In this document: piece by piece, positions 8,229-16,838 of the stretch | How positions within the stretch are numbered: position 1 is the stretch's first letter | Layout of the letters: each line of letters begins with the position of its first letter | IMG/VR virus record: IMGVR_UViG_2937414065_000001 | Source: a virus | Lineage: Duplodnaviria > Heunggongvirae > Uroviricota > Caudoviricetes | DNA length: 29,608 bases | Direction: 5' to 3' (one strand) | Made by a program: the position numbers and the translations under genes | Notes under the pieces: model-generated | Database searches by the model: none | Seen by the model: only the letters and a program-made list of their open reading frames with translations | Told to the model about the DNA's origin: nothing

Positions 8229-8975
8229 ATGTCCAATACCCATGTAAAAAACATCAAACTTGGCGCCTGCAAAGTGTCGTTTGGTGGCGTTGATCTGGGT
8301 TACACCAAAGGCGGTGTTCAGGTTGAAGTTGCGACCGAAACTCTGAAAGTCACCGTAGACCAGCTGGGGCAGACCACCATCTCCGAGCTGGTGCAGGGTC
8401 GTAATATCACGATTACCGCGCCGCTGGCCGAGTCCGTGCTGAAGAACATGGTTGATTTGATGCCTGGCTCTACCCTGAGCGAAGACTCAAACACCGTGAC
8501 CATCACTTCCGCGCAGGGCGTAAACCTGATCGACGTGGCCAAAGAGCTGATCCTGACGCCGCAGGATACCACCGACTACGTTCTGACCATCCCCAAAGCA
8601 GCGACCGCGGGCAACTTCACCATGACCTACCAGTCTGATGATGTTCGCGTTTTCTCCGTTCAGTTCACTGCTTATCCGGATGACAACGGCACGCTGGGGA
8701 GAATGAGCGGCCCAAAGCCGGTTGAGTCCGTCAAGATCACGCCGGAATCTCCGGAAGTGAAGGCGGGCGAAAACGTTCAGCTGACGGCTGAAATCACTCC
8801 AGCAGATGCAAGCGATAAATCCGGTGTCTGGGAATCGGATGCCCAGGGCACAGCAACCGTCGACCAGACTGGTCTGGTTCATGGTGTAGCTGAAGGTACG
8901 GCAAACATTACCTTCACCAGCACCAGTGGTAGCAAAAAAGCGACCAAATCCGTGACGGTTAATGCAGCCGAATAA
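8229..8975 (+). CDS. Major tail tube protein with C-terminal Big_2 Ig domain, 248 aa
   Basis: LGYTKGGV tube motif; Ig domain from about 8718; position before the chaperone and tape measure genes. Confidence 0.9.
   Translation: MSNTHVKNIKLGACKVSFGGVDLGYTKGGVQVEVATETLKVTVDQLGQTTISELVQGRNITITAPLAESVLKNMVDLMPGSTLSEDSNTVTITSAQGVNLIDVAKELILTPQDTTDYVLTIPKAATAGNFTMTYQSDDVRVFSVQFTAYPDDNGTLGRMSGPKPVESVKITPESPEVKAGENVQLTAEITPADASDKSGVWESDAQGTATVDQTGLVHGVAEGTANITFTSTSGSKKATKSVTVNAAE
8696..8725 (+). other. Candidate -1 programmed frameshift signal (GGGGAG, 9 nt, C-CCA-AAG, -1 frame TGA at 8723-8725)
   Basis: Perfect X-XXY-YYZ heptamer at 8711-8717, in register with the reading frame, at the tube/Ig boundary. 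Confidence 0.55.
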
Positions 8976-8993
8976 TCGTAGCGTTAAGTAAGC

Positions 8994-9019
8994 AGAGGCT
9001 CAGGCAGAGCCTCTTTTTT
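8994..9019 (+). terminator. Rho-independent terminator after the tail tube gene
   Basis: AGAGGCTC-AGGCA-GAGCCTCT followed by TTTTT. Preceded by the operator half-site TAAGTAAGCA (8985-8994). Confidence 0.85.
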
Positions 9020-9035
9020 AAAAGGACTTTAACCA

Positions 9036-9353
9036 ATGACCAAATTACTCGATCTCGACTCCATTCTGCCTCCGAAGAAAAGCATCAAGTTCGGCGGTCA
9101 GGAATACCCCATCGTTGAAATGACTGTTGGCCTGTTTGTCTCCATCAAGCAGATGGAAGGCAAAGACCTCCAGAACATGTCGCCTGTTGAGCAGGTAACT
9201 GCTTACGCCGACTTGGTTCGCAAGGTCATCCCATCCGTGCCGGACGCTGTACTGGAAAAACTGACTGTTCCGCAGCTCCAGCAGATCTTCACCTTCGCTA
9301 TGGAAGTGATTGATGAAGAGAACGAAAAAGCGGCTGGTGAAGGGGCAAAGTAA
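9036..9353 (+). CDS. Tail assembly chaperone (lambda gpG-like), 105 aa
   Basis: Lies between the tube and tape measure genes; ends GCA-AAG-TAA with an open -1 frame beyond. Confidence 0.85.
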   Translation: MTKLLDLDSILPPKKSIKFGGQEYPIVEMTVGLFVSIKQMEGKDLQNMSPVEQVTAYADLVRKVIPSVPDAVLEKLTVPQLQQIFTFAMEVIDEENEKAAGEGAK

Positions 9354-9703
9354 TTTCCCGCGATGAATCCGGGGTAAAGACCGTATCGATAGATCTCGGA
9401 TTCTATTTCAGTCGTGTAGTTGCTCACTACGCCGTGTCGCCATTAGAGCTGCTGGGCGTCCCTCTAACGATGTTCTGGATGCTCAGTCGCAACATCGACC
9501 GTCTGCGCGCGGAAGAGGATGTCCGCAACCTGCAAGTCGCTCGCGCTGCCCAGGCAGATGGCGAGGGCGTGAAGGCGTTCATGGAGGGTTTGCAACTCAG
9601 GATTGGAAGACCAGTCGTAACCGATAAAGTCTACGATCCACGCAAGGATAAGGCAGACCCTGACGCCAAAGAGCAACTGATGCAAATTTTTGGCAGAGGA
9701 TGA
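9347..9703 (+). CDS. gpT-like segment of the G-T fusion reached by -1 frameshift (fusion 9036..9703, 222 aa)
   Basis: The -1 frame is open from 9341 to 9703 (KVISRDESGVKTVSIDLGFYFSRVVAHYAVSPLELL...); no good independent start or RBS. Confidence 0.75.
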   Translation, partial: KVISRDESGVKTVSIDLGFYFSRVVAHYAVSPLELLGVPLTMFWMLSRNIDRLRAEEDVRNLQVARAAQADGEGVKAFMEGLQLRIGRPVVTDKVYDPRKDKADPDAKEQLMQIFGRG

Positions 9704-9710
9704 CAAGGGA

Positions 9711-12700
9711 ATGTCACAAAACGTAGAGTTTATCCTGTCGCTGGAAGACAAGCAGTTTACAGCGTCAATCGACCGGGCGGGTAAGCTACTTACCAGATTC
9801 GGGGAGCAGGCCACAAAGCCCGCTCAGAAAATTAACAATCTGGAACGCTCGTTGGGTTCGGTATCCCGCATCATCGGCGTTCTGGAGTCCAAGCTCGATG
9901 CCACGGCAGACAAACTACAGGATGTAGCTGCCGGCTTCGAGCTTGTGTCTGATGTTTCGCGCAAGACGCGAGGCAACATTACCAGCCTCAACTCAGGTCT
10001 CAAAACTCTGATTGAGCGCGTCGACACAACCACCTCATCCGTTAATAAACTCACCACATCGCTGCGCAAGGTTCAGTCTGAACTCAACGAGTTTTCCGAT
10101 TGGGCAACGTTCGCTGGTAAGAGCGCCAGCCGCTTCGGTACGGAGGTAAAAGAAGCCTCTGCATCCGTGAGTGGCATGAATACGCGCCTTAACACCACGA
10201 CGAAGCGTCTCAGCAATTGGGGCGTCACAACGAGCCAGGCTGCCGAGGGGCTGAAGAAAGTCCGCGATCAGATGGATGCGGTGATTGGCCGCCAGCAGCT
10301 GATCAGCAAGCCGGTGCGTGTGCGCACCAGCGGCTACGGTGAGGGCGGTGGTAATGGCGGTGGCGGTCGACACAGCGGTTCCTATAGCCACGGCGGGCGC
10401 GGTGCTGAAAATGGCGTGTTCTCTGGTCTGCGCGGCAATATTTTCCTGCTGGGCGAGATTGGTGATGCGGCAAGAACGGTAACTGACATCCTGTTCGGCT
10501 GGCAGAAGCCAATCGTTGAAGCTGCCTCCGAAATGGAGCGTATGCGCGTCATGTTGCGCGGGCTGAACAAGGACAAGGCCAACCCTGGCAAAGCAGCCGC
10601 AGATGACATGCAGTACATCGTGGGTATGGCTCAAAACGCGCCATTCGCGATGGAGGCATTAACAGATGCTTTCGTGAAATTCCGTTCCGCTGGTCTCGAT
10701 CCGACTGATGGCTCTATGAAGTCATTGGTGGACTCTGTCGCCCGCTTCGGTGGTGACAGTGTGCTGCTTAAGCGCGCGGCAGTGGCTGTACAACAGATGT
10801 CTGGTAAGGGCGTCGTGTCGATGGAAGAGCTGCGCCAGCAATTAGGTGAAGCTGTGCCAAACGCGATGCAAGCAATGGCGGATGCTGCCGGTATCACGAT
10901 GGGCGAGCTGACCAAAGCGGTTGCGAGCGGTACGGTCGAGGCGAAACAGGCGCTTTCGTTGATGTTCGTTGGTCTGCGTGCTGAAAACCAGAATGCAGCC
11001 AAAGACATGATGCAAACCTATACCGGTGCGCTGGCACAGCTGCAAACCTCCTTCACGCTCTTTGCTGATCGCGTCGGTCAGGCGGGCTATCTCGATTCTC
11101 TCTCCAAAGGGATGAAAGAGCTGGCGTCCATCATGAACAGCGCAGAGGGCATTTCGTTCGCTAACTCTCTTGGCTCCGGTCTCAACTCAGCAATTGACTC
11201 GCTACGTGATCTGGCGCAGTGGCTGGCAAGAAATCAGGAGTTAGTCATCAGCCTGGGCGAAGCGGTCGCAGCAATGGTGGCGTTTAAAATAATGCGCGCT
11301 GGCATCATGGGTGTGGTTGGCACTGCGGGCGAGATGGTCAATGCGTTTGCGAAGATGTCCACCGCGATACAGGCGCCGTTCAACATGGGTGCGACCGCAG
11401 TGACGCGTTTTAATCGCGCTGCGCGGATGGGGCTGGGGCCGATACCATCGCTGATCTTCTCTATTCGAGGCGCGATAGCGGGGCTTCAGGGGGCGTTTGC
11501 TGGTCTGACTGCGTTCATGGCAGCAAACCCGATTGGCGCAGCGTTTACCGTGGCCACTGTCGCCATCGCTGGGCTGATAACGTACATGACCATGCTCCGC
11601 AGCGAGACGTCCAAAGTCGTTGACGAGATCCGCAAAATCCCGGAAGCGATGACGGCCGCCAAGCGCGCGCAGATGGTTGAGTACAAAGAGCGCCTCGATC
11701 GTCAGATTTCCCAGAAGCAGCAGGAACTCAACTCTGGCGAAAAGGTGATTTATGGCCCCGGTATGGCTGGCACCACCGTCAAAGTAGATCGGCAGAAGGT
11801 GGAGTCCGAGCTTAAAGACCTGCTCGCCGAACGCGAGCGTCTGGGCGGAGCCATCTCGATGGGGGATGCGGCGGTCGCCAAGCGGCTGGCTAAAGAAGCT
11901 GCCGAAACGCAGATTGAGAAAATCCGCGCCGACAACCAGGTTTTCTCAGCTTCGTTTGTGAAAGCGCGTCAGGAAGCACTGGAGAAGATCCAGAAAATCA
12001 CTGACGACAAATCGCTGTCCGATGACGAGAAAAACAAACTGCTCGCGCCGCTCCGTGAGACGGTAAACAACTCCTACCTGAAGCCAGCGCAAAATCTGGT
12101 GGAGGCGCTTTCTAAGCGTAAGACGGCGACAGAAAAGGAGATTGCCCATTACAGCGATCTGCTTGAGAAAGCGAAGAAGGAGGGGAATACCGAGCAAATC
12201 CAGAAGCTGGAAGGCAGCATTCGTGGCTATCAGGAGCATCTGGAAGCTGTTGCTCAGGAGCTGACGCAGGCCGAGTTTGAGCGCGACAGCGCGTCGAAAA
12301 CCGGTAAAGGCGTCATGTCCAACCAGGGCACCGTTTTGGGTCTGGGAACAAACGATAAGGCGTCGCAGAAAGCGCTGGCGCAGTTCATGCGAAACCAGAT
12401 GGACTCCGCGACCTACCAGCGCACACTGCCAGACGGTACGGCGATGCTGGACTTCGAAGGCAAGCCGATCATCGGGCCGAAACAGCTCAAAACCCAGTTG
12501 AACCTGCAGAAAGCCTCCAGCGCCAGCTCTCTGGAGAAAATGAGCGACGAGGAACGTGCTGCCGCGATCGCCGCACTGACCAAAGCGCGTGAGCAGGATG
12601 CCGCAGCAGCAGAAAAAGCCGGGCAGCGTACTGCCAATGCTTCTCAGCGTGCCGCGAGGAAGGAAGAAAATGCGCAGCGTAAGCTGGCGGCCGGCTACCA

Positions 12701-14288
12701 GAAAGCCCTAGATAAAGCCGATCAGCTTATGGGGCAGATGGGTGAAAGCTCAAAAGCGACCGTGTCGTTTGATCAGTCACTCCGCGACACCACCAAATCG
12801 CTGACCGACCTGGCCAACGCCGTACCGAATGAGTTCATCACTCAGGAGATGATCGACAAAGCCAAGTCACGCCTTGCTGATCTGGCTAACGCGAGCGACG
12901 ACTACCGCGAGATGTTCAACCGCCGCAACGTCGAGCAGATGATCTCCACCTGGGCGCCGGAATCCGATTCCATCATTAGCGCGGGTTACAAGCCGTCTCG
13001 TGAAGAGAAGGTGGCCGATTTCAACGACACCTACAACCGTAACCTGAAAGCGTTGATGGATCTGCGTGACCAGGCATCTGATCCGAAAATTGTGGCGCTG
13101 TACACCAAGCAGATCAATCAGCTTGTTGCCGCTGGCAATACCGCGCTCATCAAAGAGACCGGCACGGCCACCCAGAAGCTGGCGCTTGAGTATGAAAATC
13201 TGGCCGAGCAACTGGAAAATAGCTGGAGCAATCTGTTCAGCAGTCTTACCGATACGCTCACCGACTTCGTCATGAAGGGGAAAATGGACTTCTCCAGCCT
13301 GGCAGAATCCATTCTCCGCGACATCACCAACATGGTTGTGAAGACGCAGATCACCCTGCCTCTCATGAACATGCTGGGGATGGGAACGACGGCAGCTGGC
13401 AGCTCTCAGAGCGGCAATCTGCTTTCTGGTGTCGCGTCAGCGGTTGCCAATCAGGGCGTCCGTATGAATGCGGTCAACGGTGACAAGTCAGTAGGTGAAG
13501 CGACGAAAGAGACCTCCAGTTCTGTGTCCGGATTGGGTCAGACGACTCAGCAAACGACCAGCGCTATCGGTACGGCAACCAACGCGATTGGGAGTTGGGT
13601 GTCGGGGCTGTTCAGTAGCACCGAGGCCAAAGACGCTGAAACTAAAGCAGTGAAGACCTCCATCTTCTCAATGCAGAATCTCAGCTCTGTTACTGGCGCA
13701 CTCTCCGCTGCGTTCGCCATGTTGGGGGCAAATGCTTCCGGATCAGGCAACAAGTGGTTGAGTTTCGGTTCGACAGTGGTTTCCGGATTGGTATCAGCCT
13801 GGGCTGGTGGCGGGTTTGATAGCCTGATGTCGGGTTCCTCTGGCAGCTCAGGGTTTAACAATCTGACTGGTTCCGCGGCAGATGGTACGAATGGCATTCC
13901 TTCAATTCCGAAGTTCGCTAAAGGCGGCATTTTCGGGAAAGACGGAGTGGTTCCGCTGCGGGCGTACCAGAAAGGTGGCATCGCGGACTCCCCACAGCTG
14001 GCGTTGTTTGGCGAAGGAGACATGAACGAAGCCTACGTTCCGCTTCCGGATGGTCGTTCCATCCCGGTCACGCTCAATGCAGAGAGTGTTAAAGGCGGTG
14101 GCGGCGGCGTGTTCTCCCCCGTCAGCATTGAGATCAACGTCAACAGCGACGGCAGTGTCACGGAGAACAGCAATTCCGAAGGCGCATGGAGTCAGGCCGC
14201 ACAGCGCATGAAGGCGATCGCGCTTGAAACCATCGCTCAGGAGAAGCGACCAGGAGGTTCGCTCAACCCTAACTCTCAACGTAACTAA
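9711..14288 (+). CDS. Tape measure protein, 1525 aa
   Basis: ATG 9711 with AAGGGA RBS; tape-measure N-terminal domain (AQNAPF...QQMSGKGVVSMEELRQQLGE) and lambda H-like C-terminus (FAKGG...GE...EAYVPL). Confidence 0.95.
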   Translation: MSQNVEFILSLEDKQFTASIDRAGKLLTRFGEQATKPAQKINNLERSLGSVSRIIGVLESKLDATADKLQDVAAGFELVSDVSRKTRGNITSLNSGLKTLIERVDTTTSSVNKLTTSLRKVQSELNEFSDWATFAGKSASRFGTEVKEASASVSGMNTRLNTTTKRLSNWGVTTSQAAEGLKKVRDQMDAVIGRQQLISKPVRVRTSGYGEGGGNGGGGRHSGSYSHGGRGAENGVFSGLRGNIFLLGEIGDAARTVTDILFGWQKPIVEAASEMERMRVMLRGLNKDKANPGKAAADDMQYIVGMAQNAPFAMEALTDAFVKFRSAGLDPTDGSMKSLVDSVARFGGDSVLLKRAAVAVQQMSGKGVVSMEELRQQLGEAVPNAMQAMADAAGITMGELTKAVASGTVEAKQALSLMFVGLRAENQNAAKDMMQTYTGALAQLQTSFTLFADRVGQAGYLDSLSKGMKELASIMNSAEGISFANSLGSGLNSAIDSLRDLAQWLARNQELVISLGEAVAAMVAFKIMRAGIMGVVGTAGEMVNAFAKMSTAIQAPFNMGATAVTRFNRAARMGLGPIPSLIFSIRGAIAGLQGAFAGLTAFMAANPIGAAFTVATVAIAGLITYMTMLRSETSKVVDEIRKIPEAMTAAKRAQMVEYKERLDRQISQKQQELNSGEKVIYGPGMAGTTVKVDRQKVESELKDLLAERERLGGAISMGDAAVAKRLAKEAAETQIEKIRADNQVFSASFVKARQEALEKIQKITDDKSLSDDEKNKLLAPLRETVNNSYLKPAQNLVEALSKRKTATEKEIAHYSDLLEKAKKEGNTEQIQKLEGSIRGYQEHLEAVAQELTQAEFERDSASKTGKGVMSNQGTVLGLGTNDKASQKALAQFMRNQMDSATYQRTLPDGTAMLDFEGKPIIGPKQLKTQLNLQKASSASSLEKMSDEERAAAIAALTKAREQDAAAAEKAGQRTANASQRAARKEENAQRKLAAGYQKALDKADQLMGQMGESSKATVSFDQSLRDTTKSLTDLANAVPNEFITQEMIDKAKSRLADLANASDDYREMFNRRNVEQMISTWAPESDSIISAGYKPSREEKVADFNDTYNRNLKALMDLRDQASDPKIVALYTKQINQLVAAGNTALIKETGTATQKLALEYENLAEQLENSWSNLFSSLTDTLTDFVMKGKMDFSSLAESILRDITNMVVKTQITLPLMNMLGMGTTAAGSSQSGNLLSGVASAVANQGVRMNAVNGDKSVGEATKETSSSVSGLGQTTQQTTSAIGTATNAIGSWVSGLFSSTEAKDAETKAVKTSIFSMQNLSSVTGALSAAFAMLGANASGSGNKWLSFGSTVVSGLVSAWAGGGFDSLMSGSSGSSGFNNLTGSAADGTNGIPSIPKFAKGGIFGKDGVVPLRAYQKGGIADSPQLALFGEGDMNEAYVPLPDGRSIPVTLNAESVKGGGGGVFSPVSIEINVNSDGSVTENSNSEGAWSQAAQRMKAIALETIAQEKRPGGSLNPNSQRN

Positions 14289-14294
14289 CCACGG

Positions 14295-14330
14295 CTGCCC
14301 CGGAAGGGGCAGTCTCACAAGGAAGTGAGA
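14295..14330 (+). other. Two adjacent hairpins before the gpM-like gene: CTGCCCC-GGAA-GGGGCAG and TCTCAC-AAGGAA-GTGAGA (RBS in loop)
   Basis: Direct base pairing; the second stem ends on the A of the ATG at 14330. Confidence 0.55.
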
Positions 14331-14665
14331 TGGAAAGACTGACTTTTAACTGGTATCCCGACTACGAGTCGGAAAAGACCGTGAAGCCTAACGTGGCGGT
14401 TCTGAATTTCGGTGACGATTACGAACAGCGCCAGGCCAAAGGTCTCAATCGCATCAAAGAAGAGTGGAGCCTGACATTTACGCGCTCTTACGACGTCATC
14501 AATGCCGTCGATGACTTTCTGACGGCACGCGCGGCCGTTGAGTCGTTCTACTGGACGAACCCTCGTGGCAAAAAGATTGTTGTGGTGTGCGACAGCCATA
14601 CGGTCAAACGTTACCAGGGCTATCAGGTTCTCACTGCGACCTTCAGACAAATTTATGAAGGATAA
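14330..14665 (+). CDS. Distal tail protein (lambda gpM-like), 111 aa
   Basis: FNW.P...V....FGDDYEQR...GLN...W.LTF and SFYWT motifs. Confidence 0.92.
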   Translation: MERLTFNWYPDYESEKTVKPNVAVLNFGDDYEQRQAKGLNRIKEEWSLTFTRSYDVINAVDDFLTARAAVESFYWTNPRGKKIVVVCDSHTVKRYQGYQVLTATFRQIYEG

Positions 14666-14679
14666 TTTAACCTACTAGA

Positions 14680-14697
14680 TAAGTAAGCACTTATTTA
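14680..14697. promoter_or_regulatory. Palindromic operator-like site, copy 5 (TAAGTAAGCACTTATTTA), followed by TACTAT (14696-14701)
   Basis: 2 mismatches to consensus; intergenic upstream of the gpL-like gene. Confidence 0.65.
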
Positions 14698-14754
14698 CTA
14701 TTATTTATAGGCGCTGACAGGATGTTGGCGCCTCTTTATTTCAAGGAAGAAACG

Positions 14755-15453
14755 ATGGGTATTAAAGCTGATATTCAGAGCTTGTCGCCCTCCGCGCTCA
14801 TTGAGTTGTTCGAACTTGATATGTCGAACACCACCTCTGGGGGCAAGCTGTTTTTCCACGCCGGCACAAACGAACTGATGGAGCCAGTCGTTTGGCAGGG
14901 TGTGTCCTACGAACCGTGGCCAATCAAAGCGTCAGGCTTTGATAAGACTGGTCAGGGTACTTTGCCGCGTCCAAAAATCCAGGTCTCCAACTTTGCCGGA
15001 ACTGTCTCCGCTGAAGTTCAGGCAAACGACGATCTGGTGGGTTGCCGCATCATCCGCAAGATGACGCTGGCGCGTTTTCTCGATGCGGCCAACTTCAAAG
15101 ACGGGAATCCAACCGCAGATCCAAATCAGCACTTCCCGGATGAGATGTGGTTCATCGAACAGAAGACTCTCGAAACCCATGAGGTCGTCGAGTTTGAGCT
15201 GTCGAGTGTGTTCGATCTGATGGGCGTGCAGCTGCCGTACCGCCAGATCATCAAAAACACCTGCCCGTGGAAATACCGCGGCCCAGAGTGCGGCTACACC
15301 GGCCCATATTTCGACAAAAACAACCAGCAAACCACCATGTCAGGCGCGGATTACTGCACGAAACGCTACGACTCATGCAACGCTCGCCGTAACTACTTTG
15401 CCAATGGCGTAATCCACTTTGGCGGGTTCATCGGAGCAACACGTTATGGGTAA
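14755..15453 (+). CDS. Tail tip protein L (lambda gpL-like, Fe-S binding), 232 aa
   Basis: IELFELD, YEPWPI and C-terminal four-Cys cluster (CPW..YRGPECGY...C......C); ATG 14755 with AAGGA RBS. Confidence 0.93.
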   Translation: MGIKADIQSLSPSALIELFELDMSNTTSGGKLFFHAGTNELMEPVVWQGVSYEPWPIKASGFDKTGQGTLPRPKIQVSNFAGTVSAEVQANDDLVGCRIIRKMTLARFLDAANFKDGNPTADPNQHFPDEMWFIEQKTLETHEVVEFELSSVFDLMGVQLPYRQIIKNTCPWKYRGPECGYTGPYFDKNNQQTTMSGADYCTKRYDSCNARRNYFANGVIHFGGFIGATRYG

Positions 15454-16243
15454 TAAAGTGCTCCCTGAGCTTGGCTCGGACGTTATGCAACAAATCTATC
15501 TGACAGCCATCAAACGCTACCCGAACGAAGCGTGTGGCTTTCTGGTGCGCACCACTGGCGAGAAATATCGCTTCATTGAAGCCCGGAACGTGTCGGAGTA
15601 CCCGGAAAACACGTTTGTTATGCACGCTGACGACATTATCGCTGCGGAAGATGCGGGGGACGTGGTTGCCATCTGGCACTCCCACACTGACGAATCAGCT
15701 GATGCGTCAGACGCCGACCGAGCCGGATGTGAGGCAACGGAAGTTCCGTGGTTGATTCTGGCTGTTCGGAAGAATGTCGAGGGCGATGCGCCATTTCACT
15801 TCAGTGAGATGAATGTGATCACCCCAGACGGCTTTGAGATGCCTTATCTGGGGAGACCCTATGTGTTCGGTGTCTTCGACTGCTGGATGCTTTGCCGCGA
15901 CTATCTCAAGCGCGAGTTTGGTGTTGAGCTGAATCCGAATGCGCACCTGCATATCCCGTCATGGTACACGGGCGACAACGACATTCTCGACCAGAACTAT
16001 CGAAATGAAGGGCTGGTGCGTCTTGCGCCAGGGACGGAACCGCAGCGCGGCGATGTCTTCTTCATCCAGTACGGAAAAATGCCTGACCACTGCGCGGTGT
16101 ATATCGGAGACGGCATGATCCTGCATCACCAGATCGACCGCCTGAGTTGTCGCGCTTATTACGGTGGCATGTACCAGAAACACACGACGCACCACCTGCG
16201 TCACAGAGACTTACTCAAGGGAGATGAGACGTGTCTGAGTTAG
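15446..16243 (+). CDS. Tail tip protein K (JAB/MPN plus NlpC/P60), 265 aa
   Basis: NEACG, intact HSH-x7-S-x2-D JAMM motif, DCW and HCAVY...ILHH NlpC/P60 residues; ATG 15446 with GGAG RBS. Confidence 0.93.
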   Translation: MGNKVLPELGSDVMQQIYLTAIKRYPNEACGFLVRTTGEKYRFIEARNVSEYPENTFVMHADDIIAAEDAGDVVAIWHSHTDESADASDADRAGCEATEVPWLILAVRKNVEGDAPFHFSEMNVITPDGFEMPYLGRPYVFGVFDCWMLCRDYLKREFGVELNPNAHLHIPSWYTGDNDILDQNYRNEGLVRLAPGTEPQRGDVFFIQYGKMPDHCAVYIGDGMILHHQIDRLSCRAYYGGMYQKHTTHHLRHRDLLKGDETCLS

Positions 16244-16821
16244 TTCATGTGCAACTTGGCGGCCCTATGGCCAAACACTTCGGTCGTCACTGGCATTTGA
16301 AGGTTCGCAACACCAAGCAGGCTCTGGATTTGATTGAGGCTAATCGCCCCGGATTCAAAGCCTGGATGAAGCGAAACCTCAAAACCTACGACAAATACCA
16401 CATCCAGATCACCAACAAGCAGGGCCACAAATGGTCGGTCGACGAAGGTGAGTACCAGATGATGGGGCAGTCCGACAACATCGCGAAGATCCGAATTACG
16501 CCAGTTCCTCGCGGTAGTGGCGGCTCTGCGTTTGGTTGGTTTCAGACGGTGGTGGGTGCTGTTTTGATGGTCGCCTCCATCTGGGTTCCAGCCCTGGCTC
16601 CGCTCGGTTTGTCATTAATGATGGGCGGCGTCGCGCAACTCATTTCGCCACAGGCGACGAACGACAGTGTGAGACAGGCGGATAACTCCGACTCGTTCTA
16701 TTTCGATGGGCCGCAGAACACCACTAACCAGGGAAACCCGGTGCAGCTCATCTATGGAGAGGAAATTTTGGTTGGCTCGCAGGTTGTGAGTTCTTCTATC
16801 ACCATCGACCAGCTTATGTAA
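16231..16821 (+). CDS. Tail tip protein I (lambda gpI-like), 196 aa
   Basis: V.L.G.....FGR N-terminus, hydrophobic VGAVL...LGLSLMMGGVAQL segment, and SFYFDGPQNTTNQGNPVQLIYGE...VGS. Confidence 0.93.
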   Translation: MSELVHVQLGGPMAKHFGRHWHLKVRNTKQALDLIEANRPGFKAWMKRNLKTYDKYHIQITNKQGHKWSVDEGEYQMMGQSDNIAKIRITPVPRGSGGSAFGWFQTVVGAVLMVASIWVPALAPLGLSLMMGGVAQLISPQATNDSVRQADNSDSFYFDGPQNTTNQGNPVQLIYGEEILVGSQVVSSSITIDQLM

Positions 16822-16838
16822 TAAGGGATTTTTTGAAC

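Noticed and set aside
9324-9330. GAAAAAG as the G/GT slippery site
   Set aside because: Not in X-XXY-YYZ register, and the -1 frame hits TGA at 9338-9340.
9434-9703. Stand-alone 89-aa gene from GTG 9434
   Set aside because: No RBS; the frame is open back to 9341, so it is better explained as the T part of GT.
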